Assembly (NCBI GenBank): GCA_030650795.1
Contig: JAUSDJ010000031.1
Location: forward strand, 283,413 to 347,412
Source of the DNA: Actinomycetota bacterium
Lineage (GTDB): Bacteria; Actinomycetota; Actinomycetes; S36-B12
Length of the DNA stretch: 64,000 bases
Direction of reading: 5' to 3'
Positions 1 through 10,725 of this stretch are shown piece after piece. The translations under genes were made by a program, and so were the position numbers. Numbering within the stretch: position 1 is the stretch's first letter; every line of letters starts with the position of its first letter. The notes under the pieces are model-generated. The model had not been told where the DNA came from. It worked only from the letters and a program-made list of their open reading frames with translations, and made no database searches.

Positions 1-541
<541 letters not shown>

Positions 542-561
542 CTAGGAATCGCTCTGAGGTA

Positions 562-3500
562 CTAGAGCTCTTCAACGCTGCTGCGCTCTGGGCGTGACAG
601 GTCAATGCCGAGTTCCTCGGCGGTGCGGAAGACATCCTCATCGGTGTCACGAAGTTCAATGGCCTGCCCGTTGCTGGACAACACCTCGACATTCAGACAC
701 AGCGACTGCATCTCCTTGACGAGCACCTTGAAGGATTCAGGGATACCCGGCTCAGGGACGTTCTCGCCCTTGACGATTGCCTCGTAGACCTTGACGCGAC
801 CAAGCACGTCATCGGACTTGATGGTGAGCAACTCCTGCAGCGCATAAGCAGCGCCATAGGCCTCAAGTGCCCACACTTCCATCTCACCAAAGCGCTGGCC
901 ACCGAACTGAGCCTTACCGCCCAATGGCTGCTGAGTGATCATCGAGTACGGACCAGTTGAGCGAGCGTGGATCTTGTCGTCAACCAGGTGCAGGAGCTTG
1001 AGGATGTAGATGTAGCCAACCGTGACCCGGCCTGGGTACGGCTCGCCGCTGCGTCCGTCATACAAGGCCGCCTTGCCATCAGGACCAACGAGCGTGAACC
1101 CGTCGTCTGTTGGCAGGGTGGACTCGAGCACGAGCGCGAGCTCATCTTCGTGAGCGCCGTCGAAGACTGGCGTGGCCACCTTGGTCCAGCGTGGAGCCTC
1201 CTTGACCATGTCAGGAAGGTTCGCCGCACGTGGGTCAGAAGGATCAACCTGCCAACCTGTTGCCGCGGCCCAACCCAAGTGAGTCTCGAGAATCTGACCG
1301 ACGTTCATACGACCAGGAACACCGAGCGGGTTCAGGACGACATCAACAGGCGTGCCATCTTCAAGGAAGGGCATGTCTTCAGCAGGCAGGATCTTGGCGA
1401 TAACGCCCTTGTTGCCGTGCCGGCCAGCAAGCTTGTCGCCCTCAGTGATCTTGCGCTTCTGAGCGATGTAGACGCGAACCAGACGGTTGACGCCTGGTGG
1501 CAGCTCGTCGCCCTCTTCGCGGTCGAAGACGCGAACGCCAATGACCTTGCCGGACTCGCCGTGCGGAACCTTGAGTGAGGTGTCGCGAACTTCGCGAGCC
1601 TTCTCACCGAAGATTGCGCGCAGCAGGCGCTCTTCTGGGGTGAGCTCGGTCTCGCCCTTTGGCGTGACCTTGCCAACGAGGATGTCACCGGGAACGACAT
1701 CGGCACCGATGCGAATGATGCCGCGATCATCGAGATCGGCAAGCACTTCTTCGGCAACGTTCGGGATGTCGCGAGTGATCTCCTCTGGGCCCAGCTTGGT
1801 GTCGCGAGCATCGACTTCGTGCTCTTCGATGTGAATCGAGGAGAGCACATCGTCTTGCACAAGACGCTGGTTGAGGATGATTGCGTCCTCGTAGTTGTGG
1901 CCTTCCCATGACATGAATGCCACGAGCAGGTTCTTGCCAAGGGCCATTTCGCCAAGATCCGTTGAAGGACCATCAGCAAGCACCTGACCAACTTCGACGC
2001 GGTCGTTGGCACTGACAATCGGGCGCTGGTTGAAGCAGGTGCCCTGATTGGAACGGTGGAACTTCTCGATGCGGTAGGTCATGTACTCGCCGTCGTCCTG
2101 CATAACGGTGACCAAATCAGCAGACACTTCAGTGACCACGCCGGCAGCCTGCGCAGTGACGATGTCTCCGGCGTCGTACGCGGCGCGGAACTCCATGCCG
2201 GTGCCCACGAGTGGGGCCTCCGAGCGAAGGAGCGGAACTGCCTGACGCTGCATGTTCGAACCCATCAGGGCGCGGTTTGCATCGTCATGCTCAAGGAAGG
2301 GAATCATCGCCGTTGCGACTGACCACAGCTGGCGCGGTGAGACATCCATGTAATCGACATCCTGAGGAAGGATGTAGTCGACTTCGCCGCCCTTGCGACG
2401 CACAAGCACACGATCGTCAAGCATCTTGCCGTTGCCATCGATCGTCGTGTTGGCCTGGGCCACCACGTGCAGATCTTCTTCATCTGCAGTCAGGTAATCG
2501 ACATCGTCACTGACGCGACCGTTGATGACCTTGCGGTAGGGGGTCTCGATGAATCCGAAGGCGTTGACACGGCCATAGGTCGACAGAGATCCGATCAGGC
2601 CGATGTTCGGGCCTTCAGGTGTCTCAATCGGGCACATGCGGCCGTAGTGCGAGGGGTGAACGTCGCGGACCTCGAAGCCTGCGCGCTCACGCGAAAGACC
2701 ACCGGGGCCAAGTGCTGACAGACGACGCTTGTGGGTCAGACCGGCAAGTGGGTTGGTCTGATCCATGAACTGCGACAACTGCGAAGTTCCGAAGAACTCC
2801 TTGATCGAGGCAACGACTGGGCGAATGTTGATCAGGGTCTGCGGCGTGATGGCCTCGACGTCCTGAGTCGTCATGCGCTCGCGCACCACGCGCTCCATGC
2901 GGGAAAGACCCGTGCGAATCTGATTCTGGATCAGTTCGCCAACGGTGCGCAGGCGACGGTTGCCGAAGTGATCGATGTCGTCGGTCTCACAGCGAACTTC
3001 GCCACGAGGGCCTTCGATGGTCGTCTCACTTGCATGCAGGCGCACGAGGTACTCGATGGTCTGCACGACATCTTCAAGAGTCAAAACACTCTGTGTGAGC
3101 GGCTGGTCAAGACCCAACTTCTTGTTGATCTTGTAACGGCCAACCTTGGCGAGGTCATAACGCTTCGGGTTGAAGTAGAAATTGTCGAGCAAGTTGCGGG
3201 CGTTCTCCAGAGTTGGCGGTTCGCCGGGACGAAGCTTGCGGTAGATGTCAAGCAGGGCATCTTCCTGAGTCGCGATGTGATCCTTCTCAAGGGTGGCCAT
3301 GAAGGTCTCGTACTTACCGAAGCGCTCAATGATCTGCTCGGTGTTCATTCCCAGCGCCTTCAAGAGCACCGTGACGGGCTGCTTGCGCTTGCGGTCAACG
3401 CGAACGGCGACGAGATCCTTCTTGTCGATCTCAAACTCGAGCCAGGCGCCACGGCTGGGGATGATCTTGCAAGCAAAGACATCCTTGTCAGTGGCCTTGT

Positions 3501-4029
3501 CGACCGAGCGATCGAAGTAGACGCCGGGTGAGCGGACCAACTGCGACACCACGACACGCTCGGTGCCGTTGATGATGAAAGTGCCCTTGTTGGTCATCAG
3601 CGGGAAATCACCCATGAAGACGGTCTGGGACTTGATCTCACCAGTCTCGTTGTTCATGAACTCAGCTGTGACGAACAGCGGTGCGGAGTAGGTGAAGTCC
3701 TTGTCCTTGCACTGCTCAACGGTGTACTTGGGAGGCTCAAAGCGGTGATCGCGGAAGGACAGCGACATGGCGCCGGCGAAATCCTCGATCGGGCTGATCT
3801 CCTCGAAGATCTCAGTCAGGCCGGAAGCCTGCGGGATCTCGTGGTTACCGGCGGCGAGGGCCTCACGCACCACTTGCTGCCATTCAGTTCCACCAAGCAA
3901 CCAGTCAAAACTGGCGGTCTGCAACTTCAGCAGATCTGGCGCAGCCAATGGCTCGCGAATCTTGGCAAAGGAGGCCCGGTGCAAACCGGGGGAAAGCGGC
4001 GTGACGCTAGACGTACGCGTGGGGGCCAA
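562..4029 (-). CDS. rpoB: DNA-directed RNA polymerase subunit beta
   Basis: 1160-aa ORF with [50 protein letters not shown] start at 4029 chosen because GGAAGGA lies just upstream (ORF track start 4044). Confidence 0.98.
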   Translation of the reverse strand: MAPTRTSSVTPLSPGLHRASFAKIREPLAAPDLLKLQTASFDWLLGGTEWQQVVREALAAGNHEIPQASGLTEIFEEISPIEDFAGAMSLSFRDHRFEPPKYTVEQCKDKDFTYSAPLFVTAEFMNNETGEIKSQTVFMGDFPLMTNKGTFIINGTERVVVSQLVRSPGVYFDRSVDKATDKDVFACKIIPSRGAWLEFEIDKKDLVAVRVDRKRKQPVTVLLKALGMNTEQIIERFGKYETFMATLEKDHIATQEDALLDIYRKLRPGEPPTLENARNLLDNFYFNPKRYDLAKVGRYKINKKLGLDQPLTQSVLTLEDVVQTIEYLVRLHASETTIEGPRGEVRCETDDIDHFGNRRLRTVGELIQNQIRTGLSRMERVVRERMTTQDVEAITPQTLINIRPVVASIKEFFGTSQLSQFMDQTNPLAGLTHKRRLSALGPGGLSRERAGFEVRDVHPSHYGRMCPIETPEGPNIGLIGSLSTYGRVNAFGFIETPYRKVINGRVSDDVDYLTADEEDLHVVAQANTTIDGNGKMLDDRVLVRRKGGEVDYILPQDVDYMDVSPRQLWSVATAMIPFLEHDDANRALMGSNMQRQAVPLLRSEAPLVGTGMEFRAAYDAGDIVTAQAAGVVTEVSADLVTVMQDDGEYMTYRIEKFHRSNQGTCFNQRPIVSANDRVEVGQVLADGPSTDLGEMALGKNLLVAFMSWEGHNYEDAIILNQRLVQDDVLSSIHIEEHEVDARDTKLGPEEITRDIPNVAEEVLADLDDRGIIRIGADVVPGDILVGKVTPKGETELTPEERLLRAIFGEKAREVRDTSLKVPHGESGKVIGVRVFDREEGDELPPGVNRLVRVYIAQKRKITEGDKLAGRHGNKGVIAKILPAEDMPFLEDGTPVDVVLNPLGVPGRMNVGQILETHLGWAAATGWQVDPSDPRAANLPDMVKEAPRWTKVATPVFDGAHEDELALVLESTLPTDDGFTLVGPDGKAALYDGRSGEPYPGRVTVGYIYILKLLHLVDDKIHARSTGPYSMITQQPLGGKAQFGGQRFGEMEVWALEAYGAAYALQELLTIKSDDVLGRVKVYEAIVKGENVPEPGIPESFKVLVKEMQSLCLNVEVLSSNGQAIELRDTDEDVFRTAEELGIDLSRPERSSVEEL

Positions 4030-4161
4030 GGTAGTTCCTTCCACAGGGCGCTAATTTCCAGCTTGCACAGACCTGAATCAATGGCAACAGTCCGGATAGT
4101 CAAGGGGCAGACCCCTAGACAACCCGGTTCAGTTTGCAATGAAATGGCAGCGCAAAGCGGC

Positions 4162-4190
4162 AGCCTACCCTACGGGCAAACCGCTGTCGA
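4162..4190 (-). promoter_or_regulatory. Putative sigmaA promoter, rpoB proximal (TCGACA-17-TAGGCT)
   Basis: Hexamers read directly on minus strand with 17-nt spacer, about 130 nt upstream of rpoB. Confidence 0.6.
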
Positions 4191-4316
4191 CCCCGACCCC
4201 TAGGCCAATTACCCTCGATGCCTTGCCCGCAAGTGCGACGTTCGACAGCTGAAGGCTCATCGACTAGCGCGGGCAGGTCCTCGGTAACCGGTCTGGTGCA
4301 CGAGACTGCGCTGCTG

Positions 4317-4345
4317 AGAATGGACCCTGGAGTGCAAAAGGTCAA
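4317..4345 (-). promoter_or_regulatory. Putative sigmaA promoter, rpoB distal (TTGACC-17-CATTCT)
   Basis: Near-consensus -35, 17-nt spacer, CANNNT -10 on minus strand. Confidence 0.5.
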
Positions 4346-4442
4346 GCGCATCGGCACAAATCATGTTCCGGATGTGGATATCGGATGGGCGTGGGAGCGC
4401 TGCGGCTGGAGCATCGAGCACGGGCTGCACCCAGACAGCACT

Positions 4443-4473
4443 GTGGGGGGCAGGCCAAAGGCCCACCCCCCAC
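4443..4473 (-). terminator. Hairpin terminator after rplL
   Basis: gtggggggtgggcc-ttt-ggcctgccccccac, 14-bp stem with two G:U pairs on the minus strand, 13 nt after the rplL stop. Confidence 0.65.
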
Positions 4474-4486
4474 GCAGCGCTGGGAG

Positions 4487-4876
4487 TTACTTGATGGTGA
4501 CGGTGGCGCCAGCTGATTCGAGCTGTGCCTTTGCCTTCTCAGCGGTCTCCTTGTTGACCTTCTCAAGAATCGCCTTCGGAGCTGCCTCGACGAGATCCTT
4601 GGCCTCCTTCAGACCCAGGCTCGTGAGTGCGCGCACCTCCTTGATGACTGGAATCTTGTTGTCGCCAGCAACCTCAAGGACGACATCGAACTCGTCCTGC
4701 TCGGCGGCTGCGCCGCCAGCGTCGCCGCCGGCCGGTGCTGCTGTGGCTGCAACGGCAACCGGTGCGGCTGCAGTCACATCAAAGGTCTCTTCGAACAATT
4801 TCACGAACTCTGAGAGTTCGAGAAGGGTCATCTCCTTGAATGCTTCAAGCAGATCATCGGTGCTCAACTTCGCCAT
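4487..4876 (-). CDS. rplL: 50S ribosomal protein L7/L12
   Basis: [26 protein letters not shown]...[11 protein letters not shown]. Confidence 0.98.
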   Translation of the reverse strand: MAKLSTDDLLEAFKEMTLLELSEFVKLFEETFDVTAAAPVAVAATAAPAGGDAGGAAAEQDEFDVVLEVAGDNKIPVIKEVRALTSLGLKEAKDLVEAAPKAILEKVNKETAEKAKAQLESAGATVTIK

Positions 4877-4926
4877 GGTGGCGTCCTTTCAGGTAGAACC
4901 GGCCGAGGGCCGGGTTTTGGTGGGCT

Positions 4927-5598
4927 TTAGCCCTCGGTGGTTTCCTCAACAGCTGCCTCAGTGGCCTGCGTCTCGGGAGTGACAACTTCTTCGGCAACAG
5001 CCTCAACAGCCTCGTCGGCTGCTGGTGCTTCGGCGACTGGCGCCTCGGCTACTGGAGTCTGGGGTGCAGCCTGTGCGGACGGATCCGCCTCAAGCTTGGC
5101 TTGCAAAGCACCGAGAGCACGGGCGGCCTTGGCCAGTGGAGCTGCGAACAGCGCGACGGCGTGGGACTGCTTGGCCTTCATTGCGCCAGCAAGCTTGGAG
5201 AGCAGAACCTCACGCGATTCGAGATCGGCGATCTTCTGGATGTCAGCGGCGTCAAGCACCTTGCCATCCATGATTCCGCCCTTGATCACAAGAGCGACGT
5301 TGTCCTTGGCAAAGTTGCGAATGACCTTGGCTGCATAAACGGCATCGCCAGTGACGAACGCGATTGCGCTCGGTCCGGCCAGCAGATCATCCAGGCCAGT
5401 GACACCAGCGTCCTTGGCAGCGATCTTGGTCAAAGTGTTCTTGACGACCGCGTAGGTCACCGTTGGTCCCAGGGTGCGACGCAATTCTTTCAACTGCGCA
5501 ACGCTGAGGCCACGGTATTCAGTCAGCACTGCAGCACTGGAGGTGCGGAAGTGCTCGGCGAGCTCGGTGACGGTTGCCACCTTTGTCGCTTTAGCCAT
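4927..5598 (-). CDS. rplJ: 50S ribosomal protein L10 with acidic C-terminal tail
   Basis: [10 protein letters not shown]...[17 protein letters not shown]...VVKNTL; ATG at 5598 with AAGGAG upstream (ORF track over-extends to 5850). Confidence 0.96.
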   Translation of the reverse strand: MAKATKVATVTELAEHFRTSSAAVLTEYRGLSVAQLKELRRTLGPTVTYAVVKNTLTKIAAKDAGVTGLDDLLAGPSAIAFVTGDAVYAAKVIRNFAKDNVALVIKGGIMDGKVLDAADIQKIADLESREVLLSKLAGAMKAKQSHAVALFAAPLAKAARALGALQAKLEADPSAQAAPQTPVAEAPVAEAPAADEAVEAVAEEVVTPETQATEAAVEETTEG

Positions 5599-5624
5599 GG
5601 GGCTCCTTTCAAGTGGACCCCCAC

Positions 5625-5756
5625 CATGCAAAACGCCCCGGCGCAGGCGCACGGGGCATGGCCCCAACGGGCCATTCTCAAGTGTCCTACGCGGGTCGCC
5701 CACATGCTGTGGAGCCTTCGACGAACCTTGCGGTTCGTGACCAGCGGTCTTCGGTC
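5625..5756 (-). promoter_or_regulatory. L10 leader (rplJ autoregulatory 5' UTR)
   Basis: CCGAAGACCGCTGGT...CGAAGG...CCCGCGTAGG pattern plus GC hairpins immediately upstream of rplJ, as recalled for L10 leaders; boundaries approximate. Confidence 0.7.
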
Positions 5757-5763
5757 GGGGGGA

Positions 5764-5793
5764 ACTGTAGGCCGAATCGGCCAAGATGGGCAA
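5764..5793 (-). promoter_or_regulatory. Putative rplJL promoter (TTGCCC-18-TACAGT)
   Basis: Hexamers on minus strand just upstream of the L10 leader. Confidence 0.55.
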
Positions 5794-5886
5794 ATCAAGG
5801 CTCACGCGGAGCCAAGCGGGGTACATTTGGTAACTATCAGCCGAGTTCACCCTGCATGCCCAGTGGGGACTGGAATGGAGGCGTGG

Positions 5887-7023
5887 ATGATTGAACTTGC
5901 GCAGGTGCCGGGGTGGTCAGATTGGCGCGACCTCCGGAGCAATGAGTGGCAGGCGGTGCTCAAGACAACCTCTGCATTGGCACGCTCCTCGACCGAAGAG
6001 GAACTCCTGGTATCGGTCTGCCGAGCAGTGGTTGAATCTGGAAGCGCATTCTTGGCTGTGTACTGGCGCCCTTCCAGCGAAATCCCAGGTCGATTTGCCA
6101 TCCGGGCAAGTTATGGGCCTGTTGAGCGCCTCCAGAAATCCCATCCTGAGCAAGCAGGTGGGCCAAATCCGAATTCTCCAAGCGGTGTGTGCTTCACGAC
6201 TGGCGAGATCGTCTATCTCCCTGACGCTCAGCACGACGCGAACTACCCCCATGATCGGGATCGGGCAGCCAATGCCAACATCAAATCTCTGCTTGCTGTA
6301 CCAGTGCGCGTCTACGGGGTGGTCAATGGGGTGCTGACGGTCTATGCCGATGAGCCTCTCCTATTTGACGAAGTCGCCAGCAGCTTGGCGTCGACCTTGT
6401 GCCAAGAGCTCGGGCTAGGACTGGAACGGCTGCGAAACACAGCCAAGTTGAATGACGCCCTCGAAGCCACCATCCGCGCACTGACTTCCGCTCTGGAAGC
6501 ACGGGATCCCTATACGGCTGGCCATCAAGCCGCAGTGGCCGTTATCGCAGAGCAGATTGCCGAGTGTTTAGGTTTGGATGCCCACGAGATCCAGGGCATC
6601 AGACTTGCCGCCCTCATCCATGACATCGGCAAGATCGGCGTTCCGACAGAACTGCTCTTGAAGCCCTCGCTCCTGCGCGATCCTGAAATGTCCCTCTTGC
6701 AGCAGCACGTCATCATTGGTGAAGAGATGCTCGCGGGCTTCGACTTTCCGTGGCCGCTGAAGACTGCAATCAGCCAGCATCATGAGCGCCTCGATGGTTC
6801 CGGCTATCCCCGCGGGCTGCATGGGGACGAGATTTCACTGGCTGGCCGGATCCTCGCCGTTGCGGACGTGGCAGATGCAATGTCTCGTGATCGTCCGTAT
6901 AAGCCGAGCATCGGGCAGCAGGCGACGATTGAATACTTGTGTTCGGAGCGCGGCACGCTCTTCGATCCTGCGGTGGTCGACTGCGTCGTCGAGTTGGCGC
7001 GCGCGGGCAGCCTCAAGTCTTGA
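5887..7023 (+). CDS. GAF + HD-GYP domain protein (putative cyclic di-nucleotide phosphodiesterase)
   Basis: [39 protein letters not shown]; N-terminal GAF-like segment ([20 protein letters not shown]). ATG 5887 has GGAGG upstream (alternative 5875). Confidence 0.9.
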   Translation: MIELAQVPGWSDWRDLRSNEWQAVLKTTSALARSSTEEELLVSVCRAVVESGSAFLAVYWRPSSEIPGRFAIRASYGPVERLQKSHPEQAGGPNPNSPSGVCFTTGEIVYLPDAQHDANYPHDRDRAANANIKSLLAVPVRVYGVVNGVLTVYADEPLLFDEVASSLASTLCQELGLGLERLRNTAKLNDALEATIRALTSALEARDPYTAGHQAAVAVIAEQIAECLGLDAHEIQGIRLAALIHDIGKIGVPTELLLKPSLLRDPEMSLLQQHVIIGEEMLAGFDFPWPLKTAISQHHERLDGSGYPRGLHGDEISLAGRILAVADVADAMSRDRPYKPSIGQQATIEYLCSERGTLFDPAVVDCVVELARAGSLKS

Positions 7024-7030
7024 CAGGGCA

Positions 7031-7083
7031 TCTAGACATGTGTAGGGGCCCGTCCTCTGGACGGGCCCCTACACATGTCTAGA
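7031..7083. terminator. Perfect 25-bp inverted repeat between convergent HD-GYP gene and rplA; likely bidirectional terminator
   Basis: tctagacatgtgtaggggcccgtcc-tct-ggacgggcccctacacatgtctaga. Confidence 0.8.
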
Positions 7084-7090
7084 ACTGGAA

Positions 7091-7801
7091 CTACTCGTCG
7101 TCAGACAGCAGGTTCTTGACGCGGTTGGGATCAACCTGGATGCCAGGGCCCATCGTCGAGGACAACACGGCCTTGCGGACGTAGCGACCCTTGGCTGCTG
7201 AAGGCTTCAAGCGAAGTACTTCGTCGAGAGCAGCTGCGTAATTCTCAACCAGCTGCACCTCGGTGAACGAAGCCTTGCCGATGGGGAACTGCAGGTTGGA
7301 GTGCTTGTCAACGCGGAACTCGATCTTGCCGCCCTTGATGTCATCGACAGCCTTGGCCACATCCATAGTGACCGTGCCGGTCTTGGGGTTGGGCATCAGA
7401 CCACGAGGTCCCAGCACCTTGCCCAAAGTGCCGACCTTGCCCATGAGGTCAGGGGTGCAGACTGCTGCATCGAAATCGGTCCAACCTCCGCGTACCTTCT
7501 CGATGAGGTCATCTGAGCCGACGAAGTCGGCGCCTGCGGCGCGGGCTTCCTCTGCCTTTTCAGCATTGGCAAACACCAGGACCCGAACGGTCTTGCCAGT
7601 GCCATGGGGCAGATTCACCGTGCCACGCACCATCTGATCGGCCTTGCGAGGGTCAACACCCAATCGCATGGAGATCTCAACGGTGGGATCGAACTTCGAC
7701 TTGGTGGTCTCCTTCACCAGTCGCACTGCAGCCAATGGCGTGTAGAGCTCATCCGCGTCGATCTTCTCTGCCGCTTCGCGGTAGACCTTGCTGCGCTTCA
7801 T
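7091..7801 (-). CDS. rplA: 50S ribosomal protein L1
   Basis: [39 protein letters not shown]. Confidence 0.98.
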   Translation of the reverse strand: MKRSKVYREAAEKIDADELYTPLAAVRLVKETTKSKFDPTVEISMRLGVDPRKADQMVRGTVNLPHGTGKTVRVLVFANAEKAEEARAAGADFVGSDDLIEKVRGGWTDFDAAVCTPDLMGKVGTLGKVLGPRGLMPNPKTGTVTMDVAKAVDDIKGGKIEFRVDKHSNLQFPIGKASFTEVQLVENYAAALDEVLRLKPSAAKGRYVRKAVLSSTMGPGIQVDPNRVKNLLSDDE

Positions 7802-7820
7802 TTCTGCTCCTTCGCAGGTT

Positions 7821-7850
7821 GTGGTTGGCGAGCCGCGCGGGCTCTCCCAC
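7821..7850 (-). promoter_or_regulatory. Putative L1-binding mRNA operator upstream of rplA
   Basis: GUGG-GAG-AGCC-cgcgc-GGCU-CGCCAA-CCAC: two helices with an asymmetric internal loop resembling L1 RNA targets. Confidence 0.65.
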
Positions 7851-7868
7851 AGGTGGGGGGTTGCGTGA

Positions 7869-8300
7869 TTACGCGGAAACGGTGATTCCCATTTGACGTG
7901 CGGTGCCCTCGATGATCTTCATCGCGGCCTCAATGTCATTGGCATTGAGGTCAGGCATCTTGGTCTCGGCAATCTGACGGACCTGATCTTGGGTGATCGA
8001 GCCAGCCTTTGAAGTCTTCGGAGTTCCCGAGCCCTTCTCCAGACCAGCGGCCTTGAGAATCAAACGGGAGGCGGGCGGTGTCTTGAGGACGAAATCGAAA
8101 GAACGATCCTCGTAGACCGTGATCTCAACAGGGATCACATTGCCTTTTTGGGATTCTGTTGCAGCGTTGTACGCCTTGCAGAACTCCATGATGTTGACGC
8201 CGTGCTGGCCAAGGGCTGGGCCCACTGGCGGCGCGGGGTTCGCTGCACCTGCCTGAATTTGCAACTTGATCAGGCCAGCGACCTTCTTCTTCGGTGCCAT
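7869..8300 (-). CDS. rplK: 50S ribosomal protein L11
   Basis: [30 protein letters not shown]. Confidence 0.98.
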   Translation of the reverse strand: MAPKKKVAGLIKLQIQAGAANPAPPVGPALGQHGVNIMEFCKAYNAATESQKGNVIPVEITVYEDRSFDFVLKTPPASRLILKAAGLEKGSGTPKTSKAGSITQDQVRQIAETKMPDLNANDIEAAMKIIEGTARQMGITVSA

Positions 8301-8379
8301 AGTTTCGGGTCCTTACGTGTGGCGTGCTTTTAGTGTTGATACGACCCGGGAGCGGCGCTTCCGGGAATCGGCGTGGTCG

Positions 8380-9189
8380 CTAGTTCTTCACGACCTGGCT
8401 GAACGCGAGTTCAACCGGAGTCTCGCGGCCGAAGATCTCCACCAGGCCGGTGACCTTCTGCGCCTCGATATTGATTTCGGAGATGGTCGCATGCAAGGTG
8501 GCAAACGGTCCATCTACGACCGTGACCGAATCGCCGACGGCGAAATCGATCTCGGTGATCTGTGGGGTTGACGGGCTAGCGCCACCGGAACCTCCTGTGG
8601 CTCCGGACTTCTTCTCAGGTACCGGAGCGAGGATCGCGGTGACCTCATCGACTGAAAGCGGTGACGGCTGATGGCCGTGGCCCACAAAGCCGGTGACGCC
8701 CGGAGTATGCCGAACAGCTCCCCAGGATTCGTCCGTGAGATCAAGACGAACAAGGACATAGCCCGGGAACTTATTGCGCTTGATCTGCTTGCGCACGCCG
8801 CTCTTGATCTCGGTGACCTCTTCCATCGGCACCTCGACCTGGAAGATGTAGTCCTCCATGTTGAGGGAGTTCACGCGCGATTCGAGGTTCTGCTTGACCT
8901 TGTTCTCGTAGCCGGCGTAGGAGTGAATGACATACCAATCGCCAAGGGCGCGGCGCATCTGCTCGCGGAACTCCTCGATCGGATCGACTTCTTCTTCAAT
9001 CTCGGCCTCAATCTCGGCTCCGACTTCTGCCTCGACCTCGGCCACCACAATCGCCTCGACCAGTAATTCAGTCGCCTCTTCAGCCACTGCTGCATCAGCA
9101 GCATCAAGCTCGGCCTCAATCACGTCAGCGACGAGGTCGGTGTCAGTATCTGACTGGACTACAACTTCGTTCAGGTCCTGCTCGGACAC
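8380..9189 (-). CDS. nusG: Transcription termination/antitermination factor NusG with acidic N-terminal extension
   Basis: [32 protein letters not shown] ([11 protein letters not shown]), [10 protein letters not shown]; GTG at 9189 with AAGGAG RBS. Confidence 0.96.
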   Translation of the reverse strand: MSEQDLNEVVVQSDTDTDLVADVIEAELDAADAAVAEEATELLVEAIVVAEVEAEVGAEIEAEIEEEVDPIEEFREQMRRALGDWYVIHSYAGYENKVKQNLESRVNSLNMEDYIFQVEVPMEEVTEIKSGVRKQIKRNKFPGYVLVRLDLTDESWGAVRHTPGVTGFVGHGHQPSPLSVDEVTAILAPVPEKKSGATGGSGGASPSTPQITEIDFAVGDSVTVVDGPFATLHATISEINIEAQKVTGLVEIFGRETPVELAFSQVVKN

Positions 9190-9232
9190 AGCGGGGTATC
9201 TCCTTGATCGGGGAAGGGCGTTGAGCGAGTGC

Positions 9233-9484
9233 TCATCCAAAGACGAACAGCACAGCCTTGGTGAAGAAGAAATCAAGGCCGGCGATGAAGCCTGCCATGA
9301 AGAGTACGAACACGAGAACAACGGTCGAGTAGGCGATGAGCTCCTTGCGCGTGGGCCAGATGACCTTGCGCAGCTCAGCGACCACCTGGCGAATGAACAG
9401 CGCCAGTCGGGCAAAGACATTCTTCTTTTTTGGGCGCGCTGGACTGCTCGAGCTGCGCTCGAGGGTGCCATCCGTGTCCGTCAT
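9233..9484 (-). CDS. secE: Preprotein translocase subunit SecE
   Basis: [20 protein letters not shown] + C-terminal TM helix; between tRNA-Trp and nusG. Confidence 0.95.
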   Translation of the reverse strand: MTDTDGTLERSSSSPARPKKKNVFARLALFIRQVVAELRKVIWPTRKELIAYSTVVLVFVLFMAGFIAGLDFFFTKAVLFVFG

Positions 9485-9529
9485 GCCCTTGCCTTCACTT
9501 CGTCGAAATCGTGCATCCTGCAACGTTCG

Positions 9530-9602
9530 CAGGGCCGGAGGGAGTTGAACCCCCAACCCCCGGTGTTGGAGACCGGTGCTCTGCCAATTGAGCTACGACC
9601 CT
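9530..9602 (-). tRNA. trpT: tRNA-Trp (CCA)
   Basis: 73-nt cloverleaf AGGGTCG...CCGGT CTCCAAC ACCGG...TTCAACT...CGGCCCTG; no encoded CCA end. Confidence 0.95.
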
Positions 9603-9662
9603 AAGTCGCCCCATTGGCATGCCTGTGGGCAGGCTACCGCCAACGGTTTAACCGCGGCAGGC

Positions 9663-9692
9663 AGTCTACGGCCGCTGCGGGGTGCTGAGCAA
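9663..9692 (-). promoter_or_regulatory. Putative promoter of tRNA-Trp-secE-nusG (TTGCTC-18-TAGACT)
   Basis: Hexamers on minus strand about 60 nt upstream of the tRNA. Confidence 0.55.
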
Positions 9693-9718
9693 TTCGGGCA
9701 CAAATGCCTGCCTTGCCC

Positions 9719-10657
9719 CTAGTGGGTGTCCCAATTGGGGTCGGTATGCAGTTCAACATTGAGCCAGAAGCTCAAGCCCGGTGCCTGCAATCTGTCACGA
9801 AGTTCTGTCCTGATGCGGTCGGCATCTGTGAGGGTCCATCGATCCGGCACCACGAGGAAATCGACCTCGACGTAGATCTTTCGACCAAGTTTGCCGATGA
9901 GCACCGACTGCGGATCCGGGAGATCATGGGCCGCCGCGACTTCAGCGATCCCCTGGCGCACTGGCACTGCGACATCGGCACCTGGAGCCCCCTCAAGGAG
10001 CTCGCGAATCGTGGTGCGCAGCATGCCGATCGGGGTTGGTGCCACCAGAACCGCCGCGACGAGCACCAGAATCGGATCCACGTAGCCCGCGAACCAGGCC
10101 CATTGCGAATCATTGAGCAGGATCGCTGCTGAGAAGCCGACGAGCATCGCTAGCCCAAGAAGCACCGCAGCCGCCCACTGGGCCGCCTCGGCAGCAACCA
10201 GTTCTGAGTCGGTGCTCATCCGACGAAGCACGAGATACACCGCCAGCGAGCCAATCAACGCGATGATTGCGTAGACGAGGGCAGCTCCGAGCTCGGTCTG
10301 TCCACCGCCATCCAAAATGATCTGGATCGCATCGATCACAGCGAAGCTGAAGGCTCCCAGCAGAACAAGCCCCTGGACACCCAGCACCAATGGTCCAAGG
10401 GCCTCGCGCCCAAAGGGATACCGGCTCGAAGGCCCGCGCTTCACCAGATTTGAGGCGTGCAGAGTCAGCGCCGAGAGCCCCACCCCGATGACGCCGTAGG
10501 CACCGTCGAACAAGATGATCTGCGAGGAGACTGCAAGTCCCCAGGCGATGCCCACGACCGACATCACTCCGGCAGCTGTAAGGGATAAGACGAGTGATCG
10601 CTGCTCGGCCTTCAGGACCTGGGTGTAGTGATCAGTTGCTCCCAGCTCATGTGACAT
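9719..10657 (-). CDS. Cation diffusion facilitator (CDF) family transporter, atypical metal site
   Basis: Six TM segments, S..ILFDGAY, P..RYPFG, YVDPIL and C-terminal cytosolic domain (YVEVDFLV); ATG 10657 (alternative 10669). Confidence 0.85.
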   Translation of the reverse strand: MSHELGATDHYTQVLKAEQRSLVLSLTAAGVMSVVGIAWGLAVSSQIILFDGAYGVIGVGLSALTLHASNLVKRGPSSRYPFGREALGPLVLGVQGLVLLGAFSFAVIDAIQIILDGGGQTELGAALVYAIIALIGSLAVYLVLRRMSTDSELVAAEAAQWAAAVLLGLAMLVGFSAAILLNDSQWAWFAGYVDPILVLVAAVLVAPTPIGMLRTTIRELLEGAPGADVAVPVRQGIAEVAAAHDLPDPQSVLIGKLGRKIYVEVDFLVVPDRWTLTDADRIRTELRDRLQAPGLSFWLNVELHTDPNWDTH

Positions 10658-10725
10658 GTCGGCATTCAATCAGCCAGCGTGAGGCTGCTGCTTGTGGAGC
10701 CACGGCGCGCTGGAAGAATGCTCAT

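Noticed and set aside
4115-4466. Small ORFs (69-80 aa) in the rplL-rpoB intergenic region
   Set aside because: No homology cues or RBS, and they overlap the predicted promoters and terminator.
5101-5886. 640-aa ORF suggesting a long N-terminal extension of the HD-GYP protein
   Set aside because: The extension is antisense to rplJ and the L10 leader and has no recognisable domain. A good RBS precedes ATG 5887.
8900-9189. Acidic low-complexity N-terminal extension of NusG
   Set aside because: A known general feature of actinobacterial NusG.
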